Shown: one piece after another, positions 1-8,374 of the stretch
Layout: each line of letters opens with the position of its first letter
Numbering within the stretch: the stretch's first letter is position 1
DNA from: Promethearchaeia archaeon
GTDB taxonomy: Archaea; Asgardarchaeota; Lokiarchaeia; Sigyniarchaeales; SOKP01
Reading direction: 5' to 3'
Assembly: GCA_029856155.1 (NCBI GenBank)
Contig: JAHQWL010000009.1
Coordinates: forward strand, 1-11,667
Length of the DNA stretch: 11,667 bases
Notes under the pieces: generated by a model
What the model saw: the letters and a program-made list of their open reading frames with translations, nothing else
What the model was told of the DNA's origin: nothing
The model's database searches: none
Translations under genes and position numbers: made by a program

Positions 1-561
1 GCTTTCAATCGTTATAAAACTGACGAGGTCATAAAAAAAACCACAAAAATGGCATCAATTGTGGAAGCTTCAGGATACATTCATTGGCCTCGTTTAAAAG
101 ATACCATAGAATTTGCTACAAGAATGGGTTATAAAAAAATCGGATTAGCTTTTTGCGTTGGTTTAAGAAAAGAAGCAAAAAGGATTGCAGAAATTTTAGA
201 TAATTATGATTTTGAAGTATGTTCGGTTTGTTGTAAAACGGGATCACTTGAAAAAACAGAAGTAGGAGTTCCTAAAGAGTTTACAATATTCTCGAAAACG
301 GGATATCCTCTTGGTTTTGTTACATGTAACCCTGTTGCTCAAGCAATGCTATTAAACAAGGCTAAAACAGATTTAAACTTGATAGTCGGTTTATGTGTGG
401 GACACGATATTACTTTTACACAACTCTCAAATGCTCCAGTTAGTACTCTAATTGCAAAAGATAGATCAAATCCACATAATCCTGCAGCAGTTTTATATAC
501 ATCATATGGAGATTCTTATTTTGCGAAAGATGTAAAAATGAGGCGGGAAGAAAAGAAATAA
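1..561 (+). CDS. DUF1847 family putative metal-binding protein, probably 5'-truncated by the window edge
   Basis: Frame 1 is open from base 1 (AFNRYKTDEVIKKTTK precedes the ATG at 49). Family-like motifs: 'PRLKDTIEFATRMGYKKIGLAFCVGL', 'SVCCKTG', 'CNPVAQA', 'GLCVGHD', 'TLIAKDR..HNP'. Confidence 0.85.
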   Translation, partial: AFNRYKTDEVIKKTTKMASIVEASGYIHWPRLKDTIEFATRMGYKKIGLAFCVGLRKEAKRIAEILDNYDFEVCSVCCKTGSLEKTEVGVPKEFTIFSKTGYPLGFVTCNPVAQAMLLNKAKTDLNLIVGLCVGHDITFTQLSNAPVSTLIAKDRSNPHNPAAVLYTSYGDSYFAKDVKMRREEKK

Positions 562-671
562 AATTTTAAGTAAACAAAATTGCACAGAAAATTCTTTTTA
601 GAATTAGATTCAAGAAGGTTTTGAAAGAGAGGATTAAGAAATTTATAATTAAGAAAATAAAAATCAGAATT

Positions 672-1262
672 TTAATAATCTTTCAATATCACATTTTCTT
701 CTTCTTCGTTTGGTATTTCATATTCAGGATAAAAACCTTGATATTCCCTAAATCCTACCAAAATTACTACCATTGAGATAATAATAATGCCAATATAAAC
801 TAACCACTCAAAATCTTTTGAAATAAATCCATGTTCCCATAGTTCATAACTAGAAATAGAAAGATCACCAATCACATTATAATGTCCTGGAAGCATAGTG
901 ATTGTTGTACTTTTGGTAAATTCTTCAATAGATAAATAATAATTAAATGTATATGTGGTATCTGTTGCAGAATGTGTGAAAGAAATTAACCCAGATCTAT
1001 ATCCATCTTCAGTATTAAACACTATAACATCATACTTGTTTTGGATAAGATCGTTTTGTGGAACTGTAAAACTAGCTCTACATAACCAAGGTTCAACCAT
1101 ACAACGTTGCGATTTCCAAACTCTTTCTGTGTTTAGGAGAGGTACAAATATAAAAGGTACAATCAAGAGTCCAACACCTATAATCATAATTATTAGTCCA
1201 AATATTTGGTGTTTTTTCAATCTTTTTAACTTTTGAGACAAGTTTAGTATCTTTTCATACAA
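672..1262 (-). CDS. Hypothetical membrane protein with two TM helices flanking a beta-rich, probably extracellular domain
   Basis: 196-aa ORF. TTG start is 10 nt downstream of AGGTGA (tcacct at 1273-1278). Basic N-terminus, then hydrophobic 'IFGLIIMIIGVGLLIVPFIFVPLL', a second TM 'WLVYIGIIIISMVVILVGF' and an acidic tail. Confidence 0.75.
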   Translation of the reverse strand: MYEKILNLSQKLKRLKKHQIFGLIIMIIGVGLLIVPFIFVPLLNTERVWKSQRCMVEPWLCRASFTVPQNDLIQNKYDVIVFNTEDGYRSGLISFTHSATDTTYTFNYYLSIEEFTKSTTITMLPGHYNVIGDLSISSYELWEHGFISKDFEWLVYIGIIIISMVVILVGFREYQGFYPEYEIPNEEEENVILKDY

Positions 1263-1532
1263 GTCTTTAATATCACCTAATATTACTTTAAGCTTTTACT
1301 AAATGTTCTACCTTGATTTATTAGCACTTTAGAATTTTTTTAGATTTCTTTAGAGTCAAATCAATAAAAAGTTAAATTAGTATATAATTTTTAGAATGCT
1401 TCCTTATTTTGAGTCTAATTTTTCTTGAGAGAAAATGAAGATTGTGGAGAAATTTCTTTATTAGAAGTAAAATTAAATAATAAAGCGAGAAATTAAACAT
1501 TAATAATTAAGAAGAAAAAGATGTGATTCAAA

Positions 1533-3389
1533 GTAAGATATCCAAATAAAGTAATCGAGTTTGTTAATAAGCTCCCTGAGGGGCATTCTGGTTTAAAAAA
1601 GTTAGTTAAGAAAAATTATAAAGAAATAGATTTTGATAAATTGAAACCCTTTAAGCCCGAAAGTGAATTAACAGAAGTACAGAATTTTTATGAGCAAGTT
1701 ATTAATGAAATTTTTTCATCAAATTCAGAAGCTATAGAATTACTTAAGACTTTATCTGTTATAAATACAGAGATAGAAACTAATATTGATTTAAAAAGTT
1801 TAAAAGCTTCCTATAAAGTACTAAATATCGAGATTTCCTTCACTCAATTATTAAATACAGGCTTAATAAAAAAAAAAGAAGGCAAAGAAGATATATATGA
1901 ATTTTCCTCTCCAGAAATTAAAGATGTTTTAGAAACCTTAGCTAATGAAAAGAATCATGACAGAGCTATAAAATACTATAAGAATAAAAAAAAGAAATGG
2001 AAAGTTAATATTTTAGATGATATTGAGTTTCTTTATCATAAAGCAAAACTAAAGCCATCTGAGGAAGTAGTAAATGAATTTTTAACAATTGCCAATAATA
2101 TAGAACAATTTGATTTTAGACATAAAAGATTGATTGATGTTGGACAAGAATTATTTATACTTGAGGATAAATATAAAGCTCCAATTCTAATCGTGCTTGG
2201 AAATTTATTATCTGTCTTGGGTAGTTCTGAAACTGCAGAGAGAATCTTTCTTAATGCCTTAGATATTTTCAAAAATCTGGCGAAAAAATATTACAAAATA
2301 TACCTCCCCTATATTGCTGCGACTCAAAAAAACCTCGGAACACTATATACGGATTTAAAACGTTTTGATGAGGCAGAAAAAGTTTATAGTGATGCCTTAA
2401 GCTCATACAAGGAGTTAGAAAGACAATATTATGATGCGCATTCACCTGGTTTTCATTTTAAAGAGTATGGTAAGATAGAAAAGTCATATATTGATGATCT
2501 TAAGGCATATAACGATATATTAAAGCGATATTATGATATATATATACCCGAGGAGCCCCCTATTACAAGTGAATTTGGAAATGTAGGTATTGATTTAGAT
2601 TTATTAGAAGATATTCAAGATGGAACCATTGATTCTATAGAAAGTTATAAAACACTAGCTAAAATGTCTTATGATATGTATTTATTCGATATTGCTAAAA
2701 CTCATAGTAGTCTTGGACTTATTTATAGTGAATTAATGAGATTTGAAGAAGCAGAAAGGATGCACCTTGAAGCATTAAAGCTTAAAAGAAAAGTTGCGGA
2801 ACATTATCCCGATCAAGTTTTACCTGAGCTTGTCCTTACTTTAATCGATCTCGGTGATTTATATGCTAGCTTAAATAAATTTGATAATGCAGAGCCATTG
2901 TTTAAGGAAGCATTAGAAATTTCTCTCCAATTGGCAGAACAAAATCCAGAAGTATACTTATACAATGTTGCTATTATCCAGAATTCCCTTGGAACTATAT
3001 ATACCAGACTACCGAAATTTGAAGAAGCTGAAAAAATGTATGTTGATGCCTTAAAAATTTTTAAAATTTTTGCAAAAGAAGACCCTAAAACATACAAATT
3101 TAATGTTATTGATGTTCAGAACAACCTTGGCTATTTATTTTTAAATATAAGAAATTTTGAAAGAGCTGAATATTATCTTAATAAAGCATTGAAGAAAGAT
3201 CCTGCCAATAGTGAAATTTTGTATAATATCGCCTCCCTTGAATCTCTTAGAAATAATCATGCAATGGCTTTGGAGATATTAGCAAAAATAATAGCACTTG
3301 ATAAAAATTATATTGAGAGAGCTTTACAAGATACAAAATTTGATGGTCTTAAAGACTTAAAAGAATTTAAAGAATTAACAGGTGAGTGA
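1533..3389 (+). CDS. Tetratricopeptide-repeat protein (kinesin-light-chain-like ~42-47 aa repeats) with an N-terminal winged-helix-like region and a C-terminal TPR cap; start uncertain (track start is TTG 1641)
   Basis: Repeated 'YLPxIAxTxxNLGxLYxxLxRFxEAExxYxxAL' units. C-terminal 'YNIASLES...ALEILAKII......ALQDTKFDGLKD..EF' cap. The frame is open upstream of 1641 back to TGA at 1524-1526. Confidence 0.85.
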   Translation, partial: VRYPNKVIEFVNKLPEGHSGLKKLVKKNYKEIDFDKLKPFKPESELTEVQNFYEQVINEIFSSNSEAIELLKTLSVINTEIETNIDLKSLKASYKVLNIEISFTQLLNTGLIKKKEGKEDIYEFSSPEIKDVLETLANEKNHDRAIKYYKNKKKKWKVNILDDIEFLYHKAKLKPSEEVVNEFLTIANNIEQFDFRHKRLIDVGQELFILEDKYKAPILIVLGNLLSVLGSSETAERIFLNALDIFKNLAKKYYKIYLPYIAATQKNLGTLYTDLKRFDEAEKVYSDALSSYKELERQYYDAHSPGFHFKEYGKIEKSYIDDLKAYNDILKRYYDIYIPEEPPITSEFGNVGIDLDLLEDIQDGTIDSIESYKTLAKMSYDMYLFDIAKTHSSLGLIYSELMRFEEAERMHLEALKLKRKVAEHYPDQVLPELVLTLIDLGDLYASLNKFDNAEPLFKEALEISLQLAEQNPEVYLYNVAIIQNSLGTIYTRLPKFEEAEKMYVDALKIFKIFAKEDPKTYKFNVIDVQNNLGYLFLNIRNFERAEYYLNKALKKDPANSEILYNIASLESLRNNHAMALEILAKIIALDKNYIERALQDTKFDGLKDLKEFKELTGE

Positions 3390-3855
3390 AGTTCTAAAAA
3401 TTAAACTAAAGAAGATCTCTAAACTTAATTTAATATCAATTTTACAATTAGATGTTAAACCAGAACAGAGAAATCTTGTTGCTTCAAATGTAAAATCAAT
3501 AGCAGAAGCTCATTTCAATAAGGATGCTTGGTTTCGAGCGATTTATTCTGATAATGATCCAATTGGATTTGTAATGATCAGTGATTCTTCATTAAAGTAT
3601 AAATCAAATCCAAATCATCAGCCCTCCTATTTTCTTTGGAGATTTATGATTGATGCTAGATATCAAGGAAAAGGATATGGTAAAGAAGCAATAAAATTAG
3701 TAATTAATCATGTTAAAAGTAGGCCAAAGGCAGAAGAACTTCTGTTAAGCCATTCTAAATCAGATGGAAATGCGGGAGACTTTTATAAAAAATTTGGTTT
3801 CGAATATACAGGTAAAGTAATAGATGATGAATTAGTAATGAGTTTAAAATTGTAA
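3382..3855 (+). CDS. GNAT family N-acetyltransferase (spermidine/diamine acetyltransferase-like)
   Basis: Acetyl-CoA motif A 'WRFMIDARYQGKGYG', 'FYKKFGF' and N-terminal 'VKPEQRNLVAS..SIAEA'. Overlaps the end of the TPR gene by 8 nt, suggesting an operon. Confidence 0.9.
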   Translation: MSEVLKIKLKKISKLNLISILQLDVKPEQRNLVASNVKSIAEAHFNKDAWFRAIYSDNDPIGFVMISDSSLKYKSNPNHQPSYFLWRFMIDARYQGKGYGKEAIKLVINHVKSRPKAEELLLSHSKSDGNAGDFYKKFGFEYTGKVIDDELVMSLKL

Positions 3856-3903
3856 AATATTAGTCACTCACTTTAATTCTAATTTTTCTTCATAATTTAA
3901 TAC

Positions 3904-4788
3904 TTACTTGGTAAATGAAGTTTCTAATTCAGATATTACTAATTTCAAATTATCCATGTTTTGATTTACATCATATAATAATTTAATATCTTCTCTTGAC
4001 AATCTAATTTCACTAGCTTTAGCATTTGCTTCCATATGCTCGATCTTAAATGCTTTAGGAATGGTAATAATATTCTCATGATTAATTAACCACGCAATAG
4101 CAATTTGTTGAATAGTCGAGTTATGTGATTTTGCTACTCGATCTAATTTTTCTCTTAACTCTCCTTCTAATTTATGAAAACCACTATGTCCTAAGGGACT
4201 ATAAGCCGTCATAATGATTCCCTCATTTTGATAAAAAGGTAGCGATTTTTTTATATGTTTTTGTCTTGTAACGCTAGCATTTAATTGATTGTTAACCAGC
4301 TCAGTATTTTTTAGATAAGTCTGAGCTTCTTTAAATTGATCTACAGAAAAATTACTTACTCCTATATATCTCACTTTTCCTTCATTTACAAGATCCTCTA
4401 AAATTCTCATTTGTTTCTCTATTGATATTAAAGGAGATGGCCAATGTATAAGATAAAGATCTATTTGCTTAATTCCTAATCTTTTAAGGCTATTATACGC
4501 CGCTTTTTTCATAGTATTATATCTTAAGTGCATTGGAAACAATTTGGTTGTTATAAATAAATCATCTCTATTATATTCAGAAATTACTTGTCCAACAATT
4601 TTCTCTGATGTACCTTTCCCATACATTTCAGCAGTGTCTATATGAGTAATTCCAAGTTCAATACCTTTCCTTATTGATTCCTTCCATTTTTCATAATAAT
4701 CTTTATTTCTAAAACTTTTAATACCCCAAGTACCTTGACCTAGGATTGGAATTTTCTCTCCTGTTTTCCCTAAGTTAATCTTTTTCAA
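3904..4788 (-). CDS. Aldo/keto reductase (YeaE/AKR3F-like)
   Basis: Motifs 'LGQGTWG', 'IDTAEMYG', 'ITTK', 'DLYLIHWP', 'IGVSNF', 'AYSPLG', 'IPKA', with the D-Y-K-H tetrad present. Start moved from 4824 to TTG 4788 (MKKINLGKTG), which follows SD-like AGTGTGA by 5 nt. Confidence 0.93.
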   Translation of the reverse strand: MKKINLGKTGEKIPILGQGTWGIKSFRNKDYYEKWKESIRKGIELGITHIDTAEMYGKGTSEKIVGQVISEYNRDDLFITTKLFPMHLRYNTMKKAAYNSLKRLGIKQIDLYLIHWPSPLISIEKQMRILEDLVNEGKVRYIGVSNFSVDQFKEAQTYLKNTELVNNQLNASVTRQKHIKKSLPFYQNEGIIMTAYSPLGHSGFHKLEGELREKLDRVAKSHNSTIQQIAIAWLINHENIITIPKAFKIEHMEANAKASEIRLSREDIKLLYDVNQNMDNLKLVISELETSFTK

Positions 4789-4980
4789 TTCTATCACACT
4801 TTCTTTTTTAGAAATAAGAAACAATAAAGAACTTTAATTTTGATTGTTAAAATTTATTATAGTCTTGTAGGATTTCATTCAAAATTGATTGCTTTTTTGC
4901 TAATACTTTTATAAAATATAAAGCGATTTATTTCTGAAGATAATTTTAGCTTATTAGGATAATTTTATGTGCTTTAAAAT

Positions 4981-5020
4981 TAAAAATTTAAAATAATTAA
5001 AAATAGAAAAAAGAAATACT
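4981..5020 (-). terminator. Oligo-T tract after the ATPase stop, candidate archaeal-type terminator
   Basis: The minus strand reads TATTTCTTTTTTCTATTTTTAATTATTTT just after the TGA at 5028-5030. Confidence 0.35.
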
Positions 5021-5027
5021 AGATATT

Positions 5028-7175
5028 TCAAATCAAGTCTAATTTATTTTGACAATAAGGACAGTGAAGTGGCAATTCTTCATCACAAGTTTCTAATTCA
5101 TCACTACTGAGAATATTTTTCCAACAAATTAATTTATCTCCTCTTTGAATCATATCTCTACCATGATGTTGGGGAATAATATCTTTTGTTTGACAATTAT
5201 CACAAATAACTAATTTGGCCTCGCTTTCTAACTCTTCAGTTGAAAATTCTTTATATAAGAATCTATACCTAAATATTGTTAAACTATTGAGTAGGACTAA
5301 TAAAGAAACACCCATATCACCTATTCCTACAGCAAGCCAAAGCGTCATAAAACCAAGTACTGTTAATACTGCAAATGAAACTTTAACGATAATAGAAGTC
5401 CAAATATTTTGTTTTATTTTTTTATTAGTTTTTTTCGCAATATCGATGTAGGTAAGTATTTTTTTCAAATCATCACCTATAACAATGATATCCGCAGTTT
5501 CCAATGTAATATCCGTAGCAGAGGCCCCTATTGCGATCCCTAAATCGGATAAAGCTAATGCTGGAGCATCATTTATGCCATCGCCAACCATTGCTACCCC
5601 TTTATATTTCTTTTTTAAATTTTGGATTTCTTGTAGTTTTTGGTCTGGTAATTGTTCACCATATGCTTGATCAATGTCTAAACATGCTCCAATTGTATTA
5701 CATACTCTCTGATTATCACCAGATATCAAAACGGTCTCATAACCTCTCCTTTTTAAACCATTAATTAGAATAGGTGCTGAAACTCTTAAGACATCTCTAA
5801 TTGAGATGATTCCTAATAAATGCTTTTGATTTCCTAGCAGAATTGGTATTGTTCCTGAAGTTTCAATATTTTCCATATCATTCTTCGGAAGGTCGTAGTT
5901 TAACTCTTCAATAAATTTTTGACTCCCTACATAAAACATCTCGCCATCGATTTTTCCTTTTACTCCTTTTCCTTTTATTACTTCAAAATTATCAACAGCT
6001 TGAAATGGAATCTCCATATCTTTAGCTTGCTTTACAACAGCTTTTCCAATGGGATGTTCTGAAAGAGCTTCTAAACTGGCAGCAACACTAATTATATCCG
6101 ATTTATTGGCTCCATTATAAGTATAAATTTCAAAAATCTTTAAATTACCTTCAGTAAGGGTTCCAGTTTTATCAAACGCGAAAACCTCGATATCTTGAAG
6201 CTTTTCAATAAATTTGTTCCCTTTAACTAAAATTCCTTCTCTAGCTTGCTTAGTCAAGGATGCTATATTTGCTAAAGGAGTAGATAGGGTTAAAGCACAT
6301 GGACATGAAACTACTAATAGAACTAATCCACGATAGAACCAATCATAAAAGTTTAGTCCAAATAATGATGGAATAGTCATTACTAAAATGGATGATAAAA
6401 GAATTACAGGAGTATAATATTTTGCAAACTTTTCAATAAATTTTTCGTGATCGCTTTTATTTTGCTGAGCAATTTTCACACTTTCTGCAATTTGAGCTAC
6501 AATTGTATTTGTACTTTCTCTCATAACTTTAATATCTATAAAACTTTCAGAATTTAGGCTAGCAGCAAAAACTTCTTTACCTTCTTCTTTAAAAACCGGA
6601 ATAGATTCTCCTGTAATTGCACTTTCATCAAGATAGGAGCTCCCTTTAATAATAATACCATCTAATGGGACTTTCATTCCAGGCTTTATGCCAACAATAT
6701 CCCCAATTTTTACTTCTTTTGATGGAACATTCACATATCCGCTTTCAGTTTTCAATAAAGCATCATCAGGAGCGAGTTCAAGTAGTTCTTTAATTGCGTT
6801 TCTTGATTTATCGGTTGTTATTTCCTCCAACCTTTCTGCTATTGCATATAATAATAGTGCTGTTGCACCTTCTTGACCATGTAATATGAAAAACGATGCG
6901 ACACCAGCTATCAACATCAATAGATTTGCCGTTATTTTTTTTTCACTCAAATCTTCTATTGCTTCTTTAACAACTCCAGAACTTGAAAGAAAAATTGAGC
7001 CAATTGCCAGAATTTGAGCTATTATTATAATTTCAAATGCGAATTCTAACAAAATAGAAATCCCTAGCAAAATTGCTGCAGGAATAATAAAATACCAGAA
7101 ATTTTCTTCGAAAAAAGATTCTTCTTCTTCCTCTTCTACTTCGCAAAAAGATGATGTACATGCAATAGTTGTAAT
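5028..7175 (-). CDS. Heavy-metal P1B-2-type ATPase (Zn/Cd/Pb exporter, ZntA/CadA-like), about 715 aa if started at ATT 7175
   Basis: Motifs 'TGES', 'SCPCAL', 'DKTGTLT', 'SEHP', 'GDGINDAP'. Lys in 'QNIWTSIIVK' and 'GDMG' in the last TM helices fit P1B-2 specificity. The frame extends 35 codons upstream of 7070 to an ATT 6 nt after AGGTGA. Confidence 0.95.
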   Translation of the reverse strand: MTTIACTSSFCEVEEEEEESFFEENFWYFIIPAAILLGISILLEFAFEIIIIAQILAIGSIFLSSSGVVKEAIEDLSEKKITANLLMLIAGVASFFILHGQEGATALLLYAIAERLEEITTDKSRNAIKELLELAPDDALLKTESGYVNVPSKEVKIGDIVGIKPGMKVPLDGIIIKGSSYLDESAITGESIPVFKEEGKEVFAASLNSESFIDIKVMRESTNTIVAQIAESVKIAQQNKSDHEKFIEKFAKYYTPVILLSSILVMTIPSLFGLNFYDWFYRGLVLLVVSCPCALTLSTPLANIASLTKQAREGILVKGNKFIEKLQDIEVFAFDKTGTLTEGNLKIFEIYTYNGANKSDIISVAASLEALSEHPIGKAVVKQAKDMEIPFQAVDNFEVIKGKGVKGKIDGEMFYVGSQKFIEELNYDLPKNDMENIETSGTIPILLGNQKHLLGIISIRDVLRVSAPILINGLKRRGYETVLISGDNQRVCNTIGACLDIDQAYGEQLPDQKLQEIQNLKKKYKGVAMVGDGINDAPALALSDLGIAIGASATDITLETADIIVIGDDLKKILTYIDIAKKTNKKIKQNIWTSIIVKVSFAVLTVLGFMTLWLAVGIGDMGVSLLVLLNSLTIFRYRFLYKEFSTEELESEAKLVICDNCQTKDIIPQHHGRDMIQRGDKLICWKNILSSDELETCDEELPLHCPYCQNKLDLI

Positions 7176-7181
7176 AGTTTC

Positions 7182-7240
7182 TCACCTATGCAATTATTGG
7201 ATTTAATTCAATTAGAACTTAACATTTATTGAGTATAAAA
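7182..7240 (-). promoter_or_regulatory. Shine-Dalgarno (AGGTGA, 7187-7182) and TATA-like box (TTTTATA, 7240-7234) for the ATPase
   Basis: Both motifs are visible on the minus strand. The spacing is compatible with a roughly 30-nt leader. Confidence 0.5.
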
Positions 7241-7355
7241 GAATGAATCCAAGTATGAACAATATTAATGATTTTTCTATAATATTTTTATTTTATATAA
7301 AAAGTGTTTAAGATAATAATTTACAATAAATATTTTCAAATAAGTAATGTATATC

Positions 7356-8246
7356 TCATTTTATAACGTAAATAAGTTTTTGACCTTCTTCTTCTTCCAG
7401 ATTCAACTCTCGTCTGATAGCATTTCTAACCAAATATCCACCAACATGTAGTATAGAGTCTTTAAGTATAGAATCTTGGTCCATTGAAGCATTACAAGGA
7501 TATGCATGATGTGCCTTGCTTACTCTTTCATTTAAGGAAAGATTACCACTTTTTCCATTTTTAAAATACTTTGATTTTAATTGTTGGCAAACATAATAAG
7601 TACTTCCACATGGAGCACTTTGAATGACACACGTATCTTCGATTGATTCTCCATCCTTACTTAGTAGAAATGAAACAATAGGTTCTCCGATTTTAAAATA
7701 ATTTATAAATTCGTCAATAAAATTATGTTTATTTGTTAAATGAAAACCAATTTTATTATATTCATTTAAATTTTTACTTAAGGAGCAGAAAGGCTTAGGA
7801 AACACTGCTTGAATACCATATTTTTCAAATTCTTCTAATACTTGAACTTGAAGTCCAGCAGGTACCCATTTAGGATCCTCTATTGGGATAATTACAGCTT
7901 TTACTCCACTATCTTTGAGATAATAAGGAAGACCAGAAAGTAAATCTTGATGGATTCCTACAACCATTAAAAAATCAACTTTAGGGAGATTTTTAGGAAG
8001 GTATTCTTCTGGTTCTTCAATAAATTGAGGAACATTTTCTCCTACTTTTTCAAAATAATAAATTGAATTAGAAAAACTCTTAGCATGCTCACGGCATTTA
8101 TCACATTTTACATTTTGCTCTAAATCTTCACATGCTTTACAAAATTCCTCATTATTAATGAGATTTCCTACAAACTTTTGAGTTAGCATCTCTGTATCTG
8201 GTCCAATGCCGTACAGAACTCCTAGTTTATATCTTTTATCAGTCAA
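7356..8246 (-). CDS. DUF166 family protein (Cys-rich, function unknown)
   Basis: Motifs 'PEEYLP', 'IHQDL', 'FPKPFCSL', 'GEP', 'VIQSAPCGSTYYV', 'HHAYPCNASM..D...DSILH.GG', plus N-terminal CxxC-x8-CxxC. TTG start. Confidence 0.82.
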   Translation of the reverse strand: MTDKRYKLGVLYGIGPDTEMLTQKFVGNLINNEEFCKACEDLEQNVKCDKCREHAKSFSNSIYYFEKVGENVPQFIEEPEEYLPKNLPKVDFLMVVGIHQDLLSGLPYYLKDSGVKAVIIPIEDPKWVPAGLQVQVLEEFEKYGIQAVFPKPFCSLSKNLNEYNKIGFHLTNKHNFIDEFINYFKIGEPIVSFLLSKDGESIEDTCVIQSAPCGSTYYVCQQLKSKYFKNGKSGNLSLNERVSKAHHAYPCNASMDQDSILKDSILHVGGYLVRNAIRRELNLEEEEGQKLIYVIK

Positions 8247-8316
8247 TATTAAAATGAAATAAATATGCGTTTTTATTTGTATTTTTAATACCTTATAAAA
8301 AATATATTACTTTAGC

Positions 8317-8328
8317 TGAACATGTTCA
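8317..8328. promoter_or_regulatory. Perfect 12-bp palindrome TGAACATGTTCA, candidate operator upstream of the DUF166 gene
   Basis: Exact self-complementarity in an intergenic region, about 15 bp upstream of a minus-strand TATA-like TTTTTTATAA (8302-8293). Confidence 0.35.
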
Positions 8329-8374
8329 ATTTCATTTAATTTTTAATATAAATGAGATTCTTAAAGGTTGATAC

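Noticed and set aside
609-625. Hairpin TTCAAGA-AGG-TTTTGAA between convergent genes
   Set aside because: Short, weak stem with a G-U pair. Insufficient to call a terminator.
955-1236. 93-aa + strand ORF
   Set aside because: Antisense to the SD-preceded membrane protein gene, with no recognisable motifs.
1328-1357. Three short TTTAGA direct repeats
   Set aside because: Low-complexity and irregularly spaced, with no spacers. Not a CRISPR array or iteron.
2036-3097. Minus-strand ORFs 2036-2272 and 2813-3097
   Set aside because: Antisense shadows of the TPR gene.
5215-6876. Four short + strand ORFs (5215-5451, 5485-5670, 5531-5764, 6688-6876)
   Set aside because: Antisense shadows within the well-supported P-type ATPase.
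5028-7358. TGA stops of the ATPase and DUF166 genes as possible selenocysteine codons
   Set aside because: Both fall at natural C-termini. The ATPase frame hits TAG three codons later, and I recognised no SECIS.
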